Positions 1 to 11,217 of a stretch of 64,000 nt of DNA are shown here, in pieces. The notes beneath the pieces were generated by a model, which was given only the letters and a program-made list of their open reading frames with translations, was not told the origin of the DNA and searched no databases. The DNA is from Polyangiaceae bacterium (GTDB taxonomy: Bacteria; Myxococcota_A; Polyangia; Polyangiales; Polyangiaceae), in the NCBI GenBank assembly GCA_965222375.1, contig CBDCTZ010000005.1, positions 448,001-512,000 on the forward strand, read 5' to 3'. The stretch's first letter is position 1. Every line of letters begins with the position of its first letter. A program made the position numbers and the translations under genes.

Positions 1-149
1 GCAACCGCCCGGTGTCGAGAGCCGGCGGCAAGGGGCGCTCGACCGTTTCGGGCGCCTCCGGAGCGGCGAATAGGGCAAACGTTTTGGACCCGGCACGCAC
101 CCGACCCAAAGCCCGCTGCACAGCAGGAGCTGGCCCCAACCTGCCCAGT

Positions 150-1781
150 TCATATCGGCGCCGAAATCAGGGCTGGCGGCGACGCCGCCTTGGACTGCCC
201 CAGCACTCGATTGAGCCACCCGAGGCGAAAACGAACCCGCGCCTTGATGCTACGCAGAGGTGCCGAGCGCATTTCGGCCTCCCAGGTCCGGATGCGCGGG
301 CGCCCAGCGTTGGCCGCCAAGACCAAGGGCATGCCAGTCACGGGATCTGAGTCGTAGACGTAAAAGGAATGCCAGTGGTTCTCGCCATCGTTTCGGGGAC
401 CGAAGATGGCCACGACATCGCCCGGGCGGTAGCGATCCGAGTTGTCAGCGAGATGGGCGAAGAAGTTTGTACGCTTCAGGAAGCGAATGCGTTCGAGTTC
501 GTGCAGTTCGTAAACGTCGAACCATTCGGGACGGCTCTTCGCGAACTTGATGAAGACATCGACGCTGCGGCGGTTCACGATCCCCAAGGCGTCGAAATCG
601 ACGCCGCCGGAGCTACGCTTCCGCTCACCCTGGTCCTTCGCGCTCCACCAGGTGCCGCTGGCACGTTCCAGAGTGTCCGTGATGAAGTCGATGCACACCT
701 GAGGCACTTGCGGTCGGCCACCCGCGTCGAACACCAGGTAGTGGTCGTCGTTGAAGGTGTACATATCCCAGCCGTGGTTGTAGGCCCAACGCCAAGCCGG
801 ACGCAGATTCCCGTCTTGCTGCCCTTCCTCGGTTCGGGGCTCATCGAAGGGCAAGGCCTCCCGCACCATCGCGAGGATCGCGTCCTGCTTCTTGGCCAGG
901 GCACCGGAACGCCGTTTTTCCAAGCTGCGGGCTTTGGCCACCCGGTCCAGTATCGCCTCGGGGACTACCTCACAGAGTTTCGTGATCCGCGCGCCTTCGA
1001 TTCGGAACAGCGTATCAACCCAGTCAACTCCATAGCGCGCCTTCGCGTAGAGCCGATCCATCGTCGCGTGGCGTACGTCCAGGCGGGAAAAGCCGAGAGC
1101 ATGTTTTGCGGTACGCACGTCCACGGCCAGCGAGGCCCCCGGTTCCTGCCCTACCGGCCAGACGCGGTCGTAAAGCAATATCCGCGCGCGGGATCCGGCT
1201 TCGGGTCCATTCGTGTACTCATAAAACCGGCCTGACTTGCGAGCCCGCAGCCGCTGGCTTCCGCGCAGAATCACCAACTCCGGCTCTCGATACAGATGCT
1301 GCAGCGCCACCAGATCCACCATGGCGGCGGCAACAGACGGGACGTTGGCGTATAGATAGCCCTCCCGCAGTAAGAGTGCGCGTGCGACCTCGGGGCGGTT
1401 ACGCACATGCCGATACAACCGCGACATCGTGTAGCCGGGGGCTGGGTTCCGCTCGATCTGTTCCCGGTAGCTCTTGACCTCTGCCGGCTCCGCGGCATCA
1501 ACCTTGGGCTGTCGAAGGAACACGACGGGTTCGGCCTTGGCGCGCGCAAGCAGCTCCGCCCGCCCCTTGCCCGGGCGAACAAAGCCCTGCCGCGCTGGCT
1601 CTGCCACCACGTCTGCGATCAAGCGCTTGCAGGTCTTGGGTGGCGGTTTCGCAGCAGGCGGGGTTGCCGCGCTGGCTTCCATACGAGCCGCCGCCGCAGG
1701 CTGAGGGCCCCGCGGCGACTGAGTGGGACCCTCGCCGCATGCCGCGAGACCCACTAAAACGCTGAAAACCAAGCGTTTCAC
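150..1781 (-). CDS. Lipoprotein of unknown function; C-terminal region resembles a NlpC/P60 (papain-like) catalytic domain
   Basis: GTG start at 1781 gives the lipobox VKRLVFSVLVGLAA-C. C-terminal motifs QVCIDF ... YRPGDVVAIFG ... HWHSFYV suggest a Cys/His dyad. Confidence 0.6.
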   Translation of the reverse strand: MKRLVFSVLVGLAACGEGPTQSPRGPQPAAAARMEASAATPPAAKPPPKTCKRLIADVVAEPARQGFVRPGKGRAELLARAKAEPVVFLRQPKVDAAEPAEVKSYREQIERNPAPGYTMSRLYRHVRNRPEVARALLLREGYLYANVPSVAAAMVDLVALQHLYREPELVILRGSQRLRARKSGRFYEYTNGPEAGSRARILLYDRVWPVGQEPGASLAVDVRTAKHALGFSRLDVRHATMDRLYAKARYGVDWVDTLFRIEGARITKLCEVVPEAILDRVAKARSLEKRRSGALAKKQDAILAMVREALPFDEPRTEEGQQDGNLRPAWRWAYNHGWDMYTFNDDHYLVFDAGGRPQVPQVCIDFITDTLERASGTWWSAKDQGERKRSSGGVDFDALGIVNRRSVDVFIKFAKSRPEWFDVYELHELERIRFLKRTNFFAHLADNSDRYRPGDVVAIFGPRNDGENHWHSFYVYDSDPVTGMPLVLAANAGRPRIRTWEAEMRSAPLRSIKARVRFRLGWLNRVLGQSKAASPPALISAPI

Positions 1782-1860
1782 GGGGCGGAGATTAGCGCCC
1801 CCGAACCGAGGCCGCAACGGAATGACCCCCTCGGCGGCGCCGACTATGCTGCGGCCGATC

Positions 1861-2574
1861 ATGTCAACCGAACCACGAACCCTGTCCGTCGACATTGGGG
1901 GTATCGGCATCAAGATGCTGGTGCTGAATGAAGACGGGACTCAGGCCACTGAACGGACGCGCAAAACCACTCCCAGCCCCGCTTCGCCCGACCGTGTAGT
2001 CAGCACGGTCGTCGAGATGGCGCAAGAGCACGCGCCCTACGACCGCGTCGCGGTCGGCTTCCCAGGCGTCGTGATCCACGACATCGTCCACACCGCCCCG
2101 AACCTCAGTACGGAGATGTGGCGAAGGCAGAAGCTCGGCGCCACCCTCGCCGCCGCACTGGAAAGCCCGGTCTGTGTGATCAACGACGCCGACCTCCAAG
2201 GCTACGGTGTTGTGTCGGGCAAGGGCGCCGAAATGGTTCTGACCCTAGGCACCGGTCTCGGCGCAGCTCTCTTCGTTAACGGCGCGCTCTACCCCAACCT
2301 CGAACTGGGGCATCACCCGTTCAAGGATGGAAAAACCTACGAGGACCTCGTCAGTGATGCAGAAATGAGGCGCATTGGCGACGCGGCATGGACAAAACGC
2401 GTGATGGAAATGCTCGACCAGCTCCAACCCATCTTTAACTACGAGCAGCTTCACCTGGGTGGAGGAAACGCCCAGCGGCTACAACAGCCGGTGCCGGACA
2501 ACGTTCGTCTATTCGACAACGCCGAGGGATTGCTGGGCGGGCTGCGCCTGTGGCAGCGCAGGAGTACGGCATGA
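1861..2574 (+). CDS. ppgK: ROK-family sugar kinase, polyphosphate glucokinase-like
   Basis: Motifs VDIGGIGIK, VGFPG, NDADLQG, LTLGTGLG, NLELGH, LGGGN. Lacks the ROK Cys zinc motif, as PPGKs do. Confidence 0.8.
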   Translation: MSTEPRTLSVDIGGIGIKMLVLNEDGTQATERTRKTTPSPASPDRVVSTVVEMAQEHAPYDRVAVGFPGVVIHDIVHTAPNLSTEMWRRQKLGATLAAALESPVCVINDADLQGYGVVSGKGAEMVLTLGTGLGAALFVNGALYPNLELGHHPFKDGKTYEDLVSDAEMRRIGDAAWTKRVMEMLDQLQPIFNYEQLHLGGGNAQRLQQPVPDNVRLFDNAEGLLGGLRLWQRRSTA

Positions 2575-4124
2575 GCTTAGAGCTGAAAGATCCACAGCTC
2601 CCAGGCTCGGAAGCCGAGCTGCAAGCGCGCTTCGAAGCGTTGCAGAGACAGCTGGTCCCCCTATGGAAAGCCATCGAGAGCCTCAGTGACGACGGGCACC
2701 AGACCATCGTCGTGGTACCGTCTCTAACCGTAGATTTCGCGGCTCTGGAGGGCTCCCTATTGCAGGCCTACGAAGAGCGCTTCCTGTTCCTACTGCTGCT
2801 CCTACGCCAGCCGAGCGCGCGACTCATCTACATCACGTCGTCGCCGATTCATCCCAACATCGTCGACTACTATTTGGGGCTCCTACCCGGCGTCGTGATG
2901 AGTCACGCTCGCAGGCGGTTGCACTTGGTTGCCCCCTACGACGGCGCCCCACAACCCCTTAGCCTGAAGCTCCTGCAGCGGCCCCGCCTACTCGCGCAAG
3001 TCCGCGCTCTGATTCCGGATCCCAAGCGCGCACACCTAGTGCCCTTCAACACCACCCACTACGAGCGAGATCTCGCGCTGTGCTTGGGGATCCCGATGTA
3101 CGCGGCAGATCCCAAGACCTTGGAGCTAGGCACCAAGAGCGGTGCCAGAAAGCTATTCCGAAAGGCAGGGCTTTCATTGCCGGCCGGCTTCGAGGATCTG
3201 CGAACCGAGTCCGATGTCGTGCGCGGCTTGGTCGAACTCAAGCAGCAGCGCCCAGAAGTGCGCCAGGCCATGGTCAAGCACGACGATGGGGTCAGCGGCG
3301 AAGGCAACGCCGTGGTCGACTTGTCCGACGTAGCCGCCACTCGGGCCGCCATCGAGTCGCGGCTGCAGAACATGAAACTCGAAGCCAAACACCTGACCGT
3401 CCCCGAGTTCCTGGCCAAGTTCGAGGATCAAAAGGGAATCGTGGAAGAGCGGGTTTTGGGCTCGAGAATCGAAAGCCCCAGCGTTCAGTTGCGAGTGACC
3501 CCCCTCGGCCAGGTGGAGCTGCTGTCCACTCACGACCAACTCCTGGGCGGCACCGAGGGCCAGAAGTACGAAGGCTGTGTGTTTCCGGCCCACCCCGCCT
3601 ACGCCGTCCAGATCGCCCATGAGTCAGCCAAAGTGGCCAGCTCCCTAGTCAGCCAGGGCGTCTTGGGCCGATTCGCCATCGACTTCGTTTGCGCCGAGCA
3701 GGGCGGAAACTGGGCACCCTTCGCTATCGAGCTGAACCTGCGAAAGGGCGGAACCACCCATCCCTATTTGACCCTGCAGTTCTTGACCAACGGGCGCTAC
3801 CAGCCCAACGAAGGTCGATTCATGACCGAGGCCGGGCACGAGAAACACTACGTCGCCGCAGATGGCCTGGCATCCGCCGCGTACCGCGCGCTGACCCCCG
3901 ATGACCTCTTCGATGTGATGGTGCGCCAGGGGCTCCACTTCGACCACGTCAAACAAACCGGCGTAGTGCTTCACATGATGAGCGCAATCGGCGACCGCGG
4001 CCGCTTCGGCATGACCGCTGTTGAAGACAGTCGAGCCCGAGCGAGTGAACTCTACGAGCGCGCCCAGTCTGTGGTGCAGGCCGCAGCAAAGGCTGCGCTG
4101 CAGCCTCGACCCCTTCCGGGCTGA
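2571..4124 (+). CDS. PGM1-related ATP-grasp peptide ligase family protein
   Basis: Motifs YEERFLFLLLLL, GTKSGAR, DGVSGEGN, SPSVQ, STHDQLLGG, IELNLRKGGTTHP. ATGA overlap with the upstream kinase stop. Confidence 0.8.
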   Translation: MSLELKDPQLPGSEAELQARFEALQRQLVPLWKAIESLSDDGHQTIVVVPSLTVDFAALEGSLLQAYEERFLFLLLLLRQPSARLIYITSSPIHPNIVDYYLGLLPGVVMSHARRRLHLVAPYDGAPQPLSLKLLQRPRLLAQVRALIPDPKRAHLVPFNTTHYERDLALCLGIPMYAADPKTLELGTKSGARKLFRKAGLSLPAGFEDLRTESDVVRGLVELKQQRPEVRQAMVKHDDGVSGEGNAVVDLSDVAATRAAIESRLQNMKLEAKHLTVPEFLAKFEDQKGIVEERVLGSRIESPSVQLRVTPLGQVELLSTHDQLLGGTEGQKYEGCVFPAHPAYAVQIAHESAKVASSLVSQGVLGRFAIDFVCAEQGGNWAPFAIELNLRKGGTTHPYLTLQFLTNGRYQPNEGRFMTEAGHEKHYVAADGLASAAYRALTPDDLFDVMVRQGLHFDHVKQTGVVLHMMSAIGDRGRFGMTAVEDSRARASELYERAQSVVQAAAKAALQPRPLPG

Positions 4125-4143
4125 AGCGTCGGGTAGGACAATC

Positions 4144-6591
4144 TCAGTTGGTCGAGCTCTGCTGAGCCCCAGCCTCTTTCTTCGCCACGTCGTCCAAGTA
4201 GGCCTGGGACGGCTGAGGCATTTCCTCGAGCGCCGCTTCGAGAACTTCGTCCAGCTGGCTGATGAACATGAACTCGAGCTCATCCCGAACTTCCTTAGGA
4301 ACTTCCTCGACATCCGCCTTGTTTCGCTCCGGAACCAGCACGCGGCGGATGCCCGCGCGGTGCGCGGCCAAGGCCTTTTCCTTGAGGCCGCCGATGGGCA
4401 GCGCTCGACCCCGCAGCGAGATCTCACCGGTCATGGCCACGTCATGGCGCACTCGGATCCCCGTAAGTAGGGAGACCAGCGCAGTGAACATGGTGATACC
4501 CGCGCTGGGACCGTCTTTGGGCATCGCCCCAGCTGGGATGTGGATGTGGATGTCGCTCTTTTCCAAGAAGTCTTTCGGGATCCCGTACTTCTCGGCATTG
4601 GTGCGCACGTAGGACAGCGCGGCATGCGCACTTTCTTTCATCACGTCGCCCAACTGACCGGTAAGCTGCAACTTGCCGCTGCCGAACATGCGGGTTGCCT
4701 CGATAAAGAGAATCTCCCCACCGACGCTCGTCCACGCCAATCCGGTAGCAACGCCAGTCTCTTCAGTGCGTTCCGCGACCTCGCTCGTGTACTTGATGGC
4801 ACCCAGGTATTCCCGAAGGTCATCTTCGGTCTTGATCGTGCGAGGGGTGTCGTCACCTTCGGCGACTTTGACCGCCACGCCGCGAATCACACTGGCCACT
4901 TGACGCTCCAGGGAGCGAACGCCCGCCTCTCGAGTGTAGTGCTCGGTGATCTCTTCGATGGCCTCGTCGGTGATCGTGAGTTGCTCGGGGGTCAGCCCGT
5001 GCTCTTCCAGCTGCTTGGGAATCAAGTGCTGCCTGGCAATCGCCAGCTTTTCGCGTCGCGTGTAGCCCGGGAGCTCGAGGATTTCCATTCGGTCCCGCAG
5101 AGGAGGGGGAATGGGGTCGGCCACGTTCGCCGTTGCGACGAACATCACGCTCGAAAGATCGTAGGGGATTTCCAGGTAGTGGTCCGCGAAGGAGTTGTTC
5201 TGCTCCGGATCCAACACCTCTAGCAACGCAGCACTCGGATCGCCCCGGAAGTCGTGACCGATCTTGTCCACCTCATCCATCATGAAAACGGGGTTGATGG
5301 TCGCGGCTTTCTTCATGCCCTGAATGATCTGGCCGGGCAGAGCGCCCACGTAGGTGCGCCGATGACCGCGGATCGCGGCTTCGTCGTGTACGCCGCCAAG
5401 GCTGATGCGGACGAATTTGCGACCGAGGGCGCGAGCGATGCTGCGCCCCAGACTCGTCTTACCCACACCCGGGGGACCGAGCAGGCACAGGATGGGACCC
5501 TTCTTGTCCTTCTTCAGCTTGCGCACCGCCAGATACTCGACGATGCGCTTCTTGACCTTTTCGAGACCGTAGTGGTCCTCGTCGAGCACCTTGCGGACCT
5601 CAGCGATTTCCATGTTGTCGTCCGTGGAGTTGGTCCACGGCAGATCCAAGATCCAGTCCAGGTAGGTCCGAACCACCGTGTACTCGGCACTGCCCACCTG
5701 CATCGAGCGCAGCCGCTTGAGCTGCTTCTTGGCTACGTTGTCTGCCTCGCTGGGCAGATGGGCCTTGGCGATGCGGTCCTCGAGCCCGTCGAGATCGCCC
5801 TGATCGCCGTCGTCTTCGCCGAGCTCCTCTTTGATGGCCTTGAGCTGTTGGCGAAGCACGTACTCGCGCTGGTTCTTGCCCATCTCCTCTTTGATCTGGG
5901 AGTTGATGCGCTCGCGCATCTTGAGGATCTCGAGCTGCCGCGTGAGCAGTCGTAGCACCCGACGGATGCGCTCCTTCACTTCCACGGTTTCGATCAGCTG
6001 CGCCTTCTCTTCGACCGGCGCATCCAGGTTCGCCGCGACCAGATCCGCCAGCGCACCCGGCGCCTGGATCGAATCGATCAAGGAGCCCGCTTCCCGCGGC
6101 AGTTCCGGCATCAACTGAATGACCTGCTTGGCGACGTCTCGCAAGCTCATCGCCAGAGCCTCTGCCTCGACGTCCTCGATAGGCGGCGCCTCGACCCGTG
6201 TGATCTGAGCTTTGAGGTAGGGCGCGGTATCCGTCAGCTCGTCGAGTCGGATCCGAGTGAGGCCCTGCAAGATCAGCGAGTAGTTGCCCGAGCTGTGCTT
6301 GAGGGCTTTGAGGACCCGCGCGGCACATCCCACAGGATAGAGGTCGTCGGCGCCAGGATCGTCCGTCGAGGGATCACGCTGAGCGAAAATCGCGATGACC
6401 GGCGAGGGCAGGTTGTGAACGTCTTCCACCAGGGCCACGGATTTTTCGCGCCCCACATCGAAAGGGGCGACCGCGCCAGGAAACAACACTGCGTTGCGAA
6501 TCGGCAGAACCGGCAGGTCGTTCCCGAACCGAACTTCTTCATCGGTAGGCTCGGGCTCGGGAGTCTCTCCGCGCTTCTTGCGATCACTCAT
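4144..6591 (-). CDS. lon: ATP-dependent Lon protease
   Basis: LON N-domain, Walker A GPPGVGKTS, Walker B MMDEVDK, catalytic PKDGPSAG and IGGLKEK. RBS AGGAAGG upstream. Confidence 0.98.
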   Translation of the reverse strand: MSDRKKRGETPEPEPTDEEVRFGNDLPVLPIRNAVLFPGAVAPFDVGREKSVALVEDVHNLPSPVIAIFAQRDPSTDDPGADDLYPVGCAARVLKALKHSSGNYSLILQGLTRIRLDELTDTAPYLKAQITRVEAPPIEDVEAEALAMSLRDVAKQVIQLMPELPREAGSLIDSIQAPGALADLVAANLDAPVEEKAQLIETVEVKERIRRVLRLLTRQLEILKMRERINSQIKEEMGKNQREYVLRQQLKAIKEELGEDDGDQGDLDGLEDRIAKAHLPSEADNVAKKQLKRLRSMQVGSAEYTVVRTYLDWILDLPWTNSTDDNMEIAEVRKVLDEDHYGLEKVKKRIVEYLAVRKLKKDKKGPILCLLGPPGVGKTSLGRSIARALGRKFVRISLGGVHDEAAIRGHRRTYVGALPGQIIQGMKKAATINPVFMMDEVDKIGHDFRGDPSAALLEVLDPEQNNSFADHYLEIPYDLSSVMFVATANVADPIPPPLRDRMEILELPGYTRREKLAIARQHLIPKQLEEHGLTPEQLTITDEAIEEITEHYTREAGVRSLERQVASVIRGVAVKVAEGDDTPRTIKTEDDLREYLGAIKYTSEVAERTEETGVATGLAWTSVGGEILFIEATRMFGSGKLQLTGQLGDVMKESAHAALSYVRTNAEKYGIPKDFLEKSDIHIHIPAGAMPKDGPSAGITMFTALVSLLTGIRVRHDVAMTGEISLRGRALPIGGLKEKALAAHRAGIRRVLVPERNKADVEEVPKEVRDELEFMFISQLDEVLEAALEEMPQPSQAYLDDVAKKEAGAQQSSTN

Positions 6592-6702
6592 TGACTTGAC
6601 CTTCCTAAGGGGTGTGAGCGCCGCAGCGGGTGCTCAAGGTGGCTTTTCCTTCGTCCTGCCACTCAGGTCAAGCTAAGCACCCTGAGCCGCCACGTCCATA
6701 CC

Positions 6703-6717
6703 TGGCACGGGGCTTGC
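6703..6717 (+). promoter_or_regulatory. Sigma-54 (-24/-12) promoter candidate upstream of fmt
   Basis: TGGCACG-GGGC-TTGC is an exact match to the TGGCACG-N4-TTGC consensus, about 20 nt before the fmt ATG. Confidence 0.6.
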
Positions 6718-6737
6718 GCTTGACGCTGCCTTGCACA

Positions 6738-7700
6738 ATGATGCGGGCCCGCACGGTGTCATCGAGTAGCCCCAAGCGCACGGTTTTCTTCGGCACGCCG
6801 GCGATCGCGGTCAGCGCATTGCAAGCGCTCGCGCGCACCACACGAGTGGTGGGCGTCGTCTGTCAGCCTGACCGTCCCGCAGGGAGGGGCATGAAGCTTC
6901 GGCCGCCAGCAGTGAAGGAAGCCGCCCTGGACCTCGGGCTCGAGGTCCACCAGCCCATCAAGGTGAAGACCGGCAATTTGCACCAATGGCTATCCACGCG
7001 GCAGCCGGACGTTGCCGTCGTGTTGGCCTATGGTCGGATCTTGCCCCCAGCGGTGCTTCGCGCTCCCAAGCTGGGGTGCGTGAACCTGCACGCCTCGCTA
7101 CTGCCCAAGTTCCGCGGAGCGGCGCCCATCCAGCGCGCCCTGTGGGCGGGAGAGGCCACTACCGGCATCAGCCTCATGCAGATGGACGAGGGGTTGGACA
7201 CCGGGGCGGTGTTCTGCCGAAGAGAGCTGCCAATCCTACCCGACGATGACGCGGGAAGTTTGAGCCGTCGGCTGGCGGAGCTGGCCGCCGAAGTGATAGA
7301 ACAGGAGTTGCCTGCAGTTCTGTCGGGCGAACTGCAGGCGGTGGCCCAGAACGATTCCGAGGCCACCCACGCGCCACCCATTCAAAAGGCTGAAACGGCC
7401 CTAGACTTCGCGCAGCCCGCTCGGGCGCTGTGGGGCCAGGTCCGCGCTCTGGCGCCCCGCCCTGGCGCCGCCTGCCGCCTGGGCGACAAGCGGCTCAGAA
7501 TCACCGCTGCCCAGCCTTCGAAGCTACCCGCGCCGGGAGCACCGGGAACCGTGTCGATATGGGACAAAAAGCGGGTGTTAGTCGCCACTGGGGACGGCAC
7601 GTTGGAAATCCTGACGGCCCAGCTGGAAGGGCGAAAAGAACTGCGTGCTCAGGACTTGGCCAATGGGCGGGTCGTCGGCGAGGGTGACGTCCTACGATGA
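6738..7700 (+). CDS. fmt: Methionyl-tRNA formyltransferase
   Basis: Motifs FFGTP, QPDRPAGRG, LAYGRIL, NLHASLLPKFRGAAPIQ, MDEGLDTG. Start is 6738 or GTG 6756. Confidence 0.96.
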   Translation: MMRARTVSSSSPKRTVFFGTPAIAVSALQALARTTRVVGVVCQPDRPAGRGMKLRPPAVKEAALDLGLEVHQPIKVKTGNLHQWLSTRQPDVAVVLAYGRILPPAVLRAPKLGCVNLHASLLPKFRGAAPIQRALWAGEATTGISLMQMDEGLDTGAVFCRRELPILPDDDAGSLSRRLAELAAEVIEQELPAVLSGELQAVAQNDSEATHAPPIQKAETALDFAQPARALWGQVRALAPRPGAACRLGDKRLRITAAQPSKLPAPGAPGTVSIWDKKRVLVATGDGTLEILTAQLEGRKELRAQDLANGRVVGEGDVLR

Positions 7701-7724
7701 TGGCTCGAACCGCATCCGAGGCCG

Positions 7725-8324
7725 GTGCTAAGATGCCCTTGGGTGCTGCAAGCGTTTCTAGAGGAAATCCTCAAAGAATTCCCCACGTTCCGCATCGTGC
7801 ACAAGGATCGGGACAGGTTGAGCCGGGCGATCGATCTGGGTCTTCGCATCGTGACCCTCGGCCGCATGACCGACTACCAGACCCACTACCACACGGTGAT
7901 CGGCAACACACTGTACGTGCCGCAGTGCTGGGACAGTACGCCGGAGGTGGATCGAGTCATCACGCTGCGCCACGAGCGGGTGCATTTACGCCAGCGCAAG
8001 CGTCTCAGCCTGCCGCTGATGGCCTTCATCTACTTCATCCCCTTTCTGCCCCTCGGCTTGGCCTATGGCAGAGCCCGGATCGAATGGGAGGCCTACGCGG
8101 AGTCGCTGCGCGCCACAGCAGAGCTCAAAGGACTCGCGGCGGCGCGAGAGCCGAGTTTTCGTGCAGAGCTATTGCGGCGATTCACCAGTGCGGACTACGG
8201 ATGGATGTGGCCCTTCCCCCGTCAAGTTGGCCGATGGATCGACCGAGAACTAGACAAAATCGAGCGGACCGAACAGCAGCCCCGGGATTCGGACAAGGAC
8301 GACTACGTCGTCGAGCACGCCTGA
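7725..8324 (+). CDS. Putative zincin-type metallopeptidase (HExxH) membrane-associated protein
   Basis: [10 protein letters not shown], then a hydrophobic stretch, then IEWEAY (candidate third Zn ligand). Confidence 0.6.
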   Translation: MLRCPWVLQAFLEEILKEFPTFRIVHKDRDRLSRAIDLGLRIVTLGRMTDYQTHYHTVIGNTLYVPQCWDSTPEVDRVITLRHERVHLRQRKRLSLPLMAFIYFIPFLPLGLAYGRARIEWEAYAESLRATAELKGLAAAREPSFRAELLRRFTSADYGWMWPFPRQVGRWIDRELDKIERTEQQPRDSDKDDYVVEHA

Positions 8325-8334
8325 AAGAACACGG

Positions 8335-11217
8335 ATGACTGTTGTTGGAATCGACTTGGGGACGACAAATACGGTCGTTGGTCTGGTCCAAGACGGTCAG
8401 GCCACGGCGTTGCTCGATGACAAGAGCAAGCGTCTGCTGCCGTCCGTCGTCTCCTTCCATCCCAGCGGGAACGTACTCGTCGGCGCAGCCGCCAAAGAGC
8501 GCCGCCTGGTGGATGCCAAGAACACGATTTATTCTGTCAAGCGGCTGATCGGGCGCAGCTGGGACTCCGAGGAAGTTCGGCAAGCGCGCTCACGTTTCGC
8601 TTTCGAGATGCGCGAAGGGCCAGGCCAGGCCACCCTTGTCGTCGCCCGGGGTGAAACCTACACCCTGCCCGAAATCAGCGCGTTCGTGCTGCGCCGCGCC
8701 AAGGCCATCGCCGACGCTGCCACCAAAGGTAACGTCGAACGCGCCGTTATCACCGTACCGGCGAACTTCAACGACTTGCAGCGCGCCGCGACCAAGGTGG
8801 CCGGGCGTGTTGCAGGGATCGACGTGCTCCGGATCCTCAATGAGCCCACGGCGGCGGCTCTGGCCTACGGCTATGGCAAGAGCGCGAACGAGCGCATCGC
8901 CGTATACGACTTTGGTGGTGGCACCTTCGATGTAACGCTGCTGGATCTCTCCGAGAACGTGTTCGAGGTGCTCGCCACGGCCGGTGACACCTTCTTGGGC
9001 GGTGATGACATCGATGTGGCAATCGCCGATCGGATGGCGGAAGAGTTCCTAAGAGAGCATCGCTACGACCCTCGACAAGACCCGCAGGCCTTCGAGAAAC
9101 TGCGGGCTGCCGCCGAGACCCTCAAGATCCGACTGTCCACGGAGGGTGTTGCGACCATGGCGGTCAAAGAGGTCGCCCACGGGGTCAAAGGTCAAGCTCT
9201 GGACCTCACTTTCGGGATGACGCGCAGCGAGCTCGATGCGCTGGCGGTTCCCATGGTGGATAAGTCCTTCAATGTTTGTCAGGAAGCTCTGGAAATTGCT
9301 CGACTAAAGGCGGACGACTTCGACCAGATCCTGCTCGTCGGAGGTACCACTCGGATGCCGCTCGTTCGCGGCCGGGTCGAGGAGTTCTTCAAACGCCCGG
9401 TGCTCGGACACATCAGCCCGGATGAGGTCGTTGCGATCGGCGCGGCGATTCAAGCGGCGGCGCTCACCGGAAACGAACGACGGCGCGGTGAGATCCCTGC
9501 GCCACCCAAACCCGCCAAGCGCCCACGAAGCGTGCCACCAAAACGCGGGGCCACGTGGCCCCCGAACCGTCCGCGCCCAGAAGGTCTGCCCGAACCCAAC
9601 ACCCAGCCTTACGGTCCGCCTCGAGGTCGCATTCCGACAGCGCCAGGGCTCAACGCCGAGGCCGAAGAAGCGGCGGCTGCGCGTCGACCCGTCGTCGTTC
9701 CCTCCCCGGGCTCACCGGCAAGCGCTGCTCCCCACACAGCGGATCAGGGTGGCGGTCGAAAACGCGCCGTCACCGGTACGGGTCTCGGGCCCGCCCCGGA
9801 ACCACCTCCCGCCACGGTCGCCGGATTGGGACCCCGCGGTCGCATGCCCACCGGTCCGGGGCTCGGGCCGCCGGCCGAGCGCGCCAAGCGCTCCTCGGGG
9901 ATCCCCGCCGATACCCTCGCCAGTGCAGAAGAGGCCGCGAAGAAAGCCCGCCAGAGCCAGCCTCGAAGCAAGCTGCCCAGCATCGTCGACGCAGGCATGG
10001 AACTGCCCTTGGTGGAAAGTGGTCCGCCACCGGAGCTCACCCAGCCCCTCAATGCCGTCGAGGCCCCGGAAGACATCACGGCCCAAAGCCCTGACGTTTC
10101 CGCCAAAATTGCCCAGCAAGGCCGCCCCGCGCCGCGGCCCCCCGCTAGCACTCTGACGTCCGAAAACGAGCGGAAGTCGATCAACGAGCGCCAGACCGTC
10201 GAAGCCCCGGACTCCCCAGCTGGCGTCTACCATTTGGACGAAGACGATCTCGTCGACGACGGCTCGAACTTGATCGCACTTTCGAACGACACCGACCAGA
10301 TGCCCGCTTTCGACGCTCCTCTCTCTACGGAGGAGGTGACCGAGGTCGCTCGCGGCCGTCCCGAAGCCGGTCCCGAAGCCCAGCCCAAACGTCGTTCCGG
10401 CTCCGTCGTCGATGAAATGATGCTGCCGGTTCCGGAAGCACCTGACGAGGAGGAGACCACCACCAATAACGTGCAAGGCATTCCACCGGAAGCCTTCGGC
10501 AACACGCTGGGCCTGGGGTCGCCCGCTCCCGTGCCCCCGGCGGCACCCGCACCGCCTGCTCCTGCACCCGGCGGCGCCGGAATCGCGGCCGCGGCAGCCG
10601 CCGCGGTTGGGCACGTGCCCGGGATGTTCGACACGAACCAAGCGTCCCCGGGCGCGCCCAGCTCTCCGGCAACCGCCGCCATGGACATGCCGCCTTGGGC
10701 ACCACCAGAACCAGCGCCAGCGCCAAGAGCGCCAAAAGCGCCACCCTTCGTCCCGGCTCCTCAGGCGCCGGTCGTTGCAGACAAGCCGCCACCCGGCGCG
10801 CCGTTGCTGGTAGATGTCACTCCCCTTTCCCTGCTGCTGGAAACCGTCGGTGGCTACTGCGACCCCGTTATCGTTCGGAACACGCCGGTGCCTTGCGAAG
10901 AGACTCGCAACTTTGCGACGGCTTCGGACAACCAAACCAGCGTGCGCATTCGTGTGGCACAGGGGGAGTCGAATCACTTCGCGGAAAACGCGCTGCTCGG
11001 CGAAGTTGAGCTATCGGGGCTTGCGCCTGCGCCTCGGGGTGCCACGAGCATCGCCGTCACCTTCGTCCTCGACACGGACGGGCTGCTCAATGTGCGCGCG
11101 AGAGACATCGCATCCGGTCGTGAAGCCCACGCCGCGGTTCGCCTGATCGCGGTGCCGGGTGCCGGAGAGGTTTCGGGCATGGCGCAGCGCCACGCTCAGT
11201 ATAACGTAACAGGATGA
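8335..11217 (+). CDS. Atypical Hsp70/DnaK-family protein with a long Pro-rich insert and no C-terminal lid
   Basis: NBD motifs [41 protein letters not shown]. Linker [10 protein letters not shown] and SBD-beta (DNQTSV, APRG) begin at 10801. Confidence 0.92.
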   Translation: MTVVGIDLGTTNTVVGLVQDGQATALLDDKSKRLLPSVVSFHPSGNVLVGAAAKERRLVDAKNTIYSVKRLIGRSWDSEEVRQARSRFAFEMREGPGQATLVVARGETYTLPEISAFVLRRAKAIADAATKGNVERAVITVPANFNDLQRAATKVAGRVAGIDVLRILNEPTAAALAYGYGKSANERIAVYDFGGGTFDVTLLDLSENVFEVLATAGDTFLGGDDIDVAIADRMAEEFLREHRYDPRQDPQAFEKLRAAAETLKIRLSTEGVATMAVKEVAHGVKGQALDLTFGMTRSELDALAVPMVDKSFNVCQEALEIARLKADDFDQILLVGGTTRMPLVRGRVEEFFKRPVLGHISPDEVVAIGAAIQAAALTGNERRRGEIPAPPKPAKRPRSVPPKRGATWPPNRPRPEGLPEPNTQPYGPPRGRIPTAPGLNAEAEEAAAARRPVVVPSPGSPASAAPHTADQGGGRKRAVTGTGLGPAPEPPPATVAGLGPRGRMPTGPGLGPPAERAKRSSGIPADTLASAEEAAKKARQSQPRSKLPSIVDAGMELPLVESGPPPELTQPLNAVEAPEDITAQSPDVSAKIAQQGRPAPRPPASTLTSENERKSINERQTVEAPDSPAGVYHLDEDDLVDDGSNLIALSNDTDQMPAFDAPLSTEEVTEVARGRPEAGPEAQPKRRSGSVVDEMMLPVPEAPDEEETTTNNVQGIPPEAFGNTLGLGSPAPVPPAAPAPPAPAPGGAGIAAAAAAAVGHVPGMFDTNQASPGAPSSPATAAMDMPPWAPPEPAPAPRAPKAPPFVPAPQAPVVADKPPPGAPLLVDVTPLSLLLETVGGYCDPVIVRNTPVPCEETRNFATASDNQTSVRIRVAQGESNHFAENALLGEVELSGLAPAPRGATSIAVTFVLDTDGLLNVRARDIASGREAHAAVRLIAVPGAGEVSGMAQRHAQYNVTG

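Noticed and set aside
9712..10977. 421-aa minus-strand ORF inside the Hsp70 insert
   Set aside because: Antisense shadow of a GC-rich coding strand; Arg/Gly-rich with no motifs.
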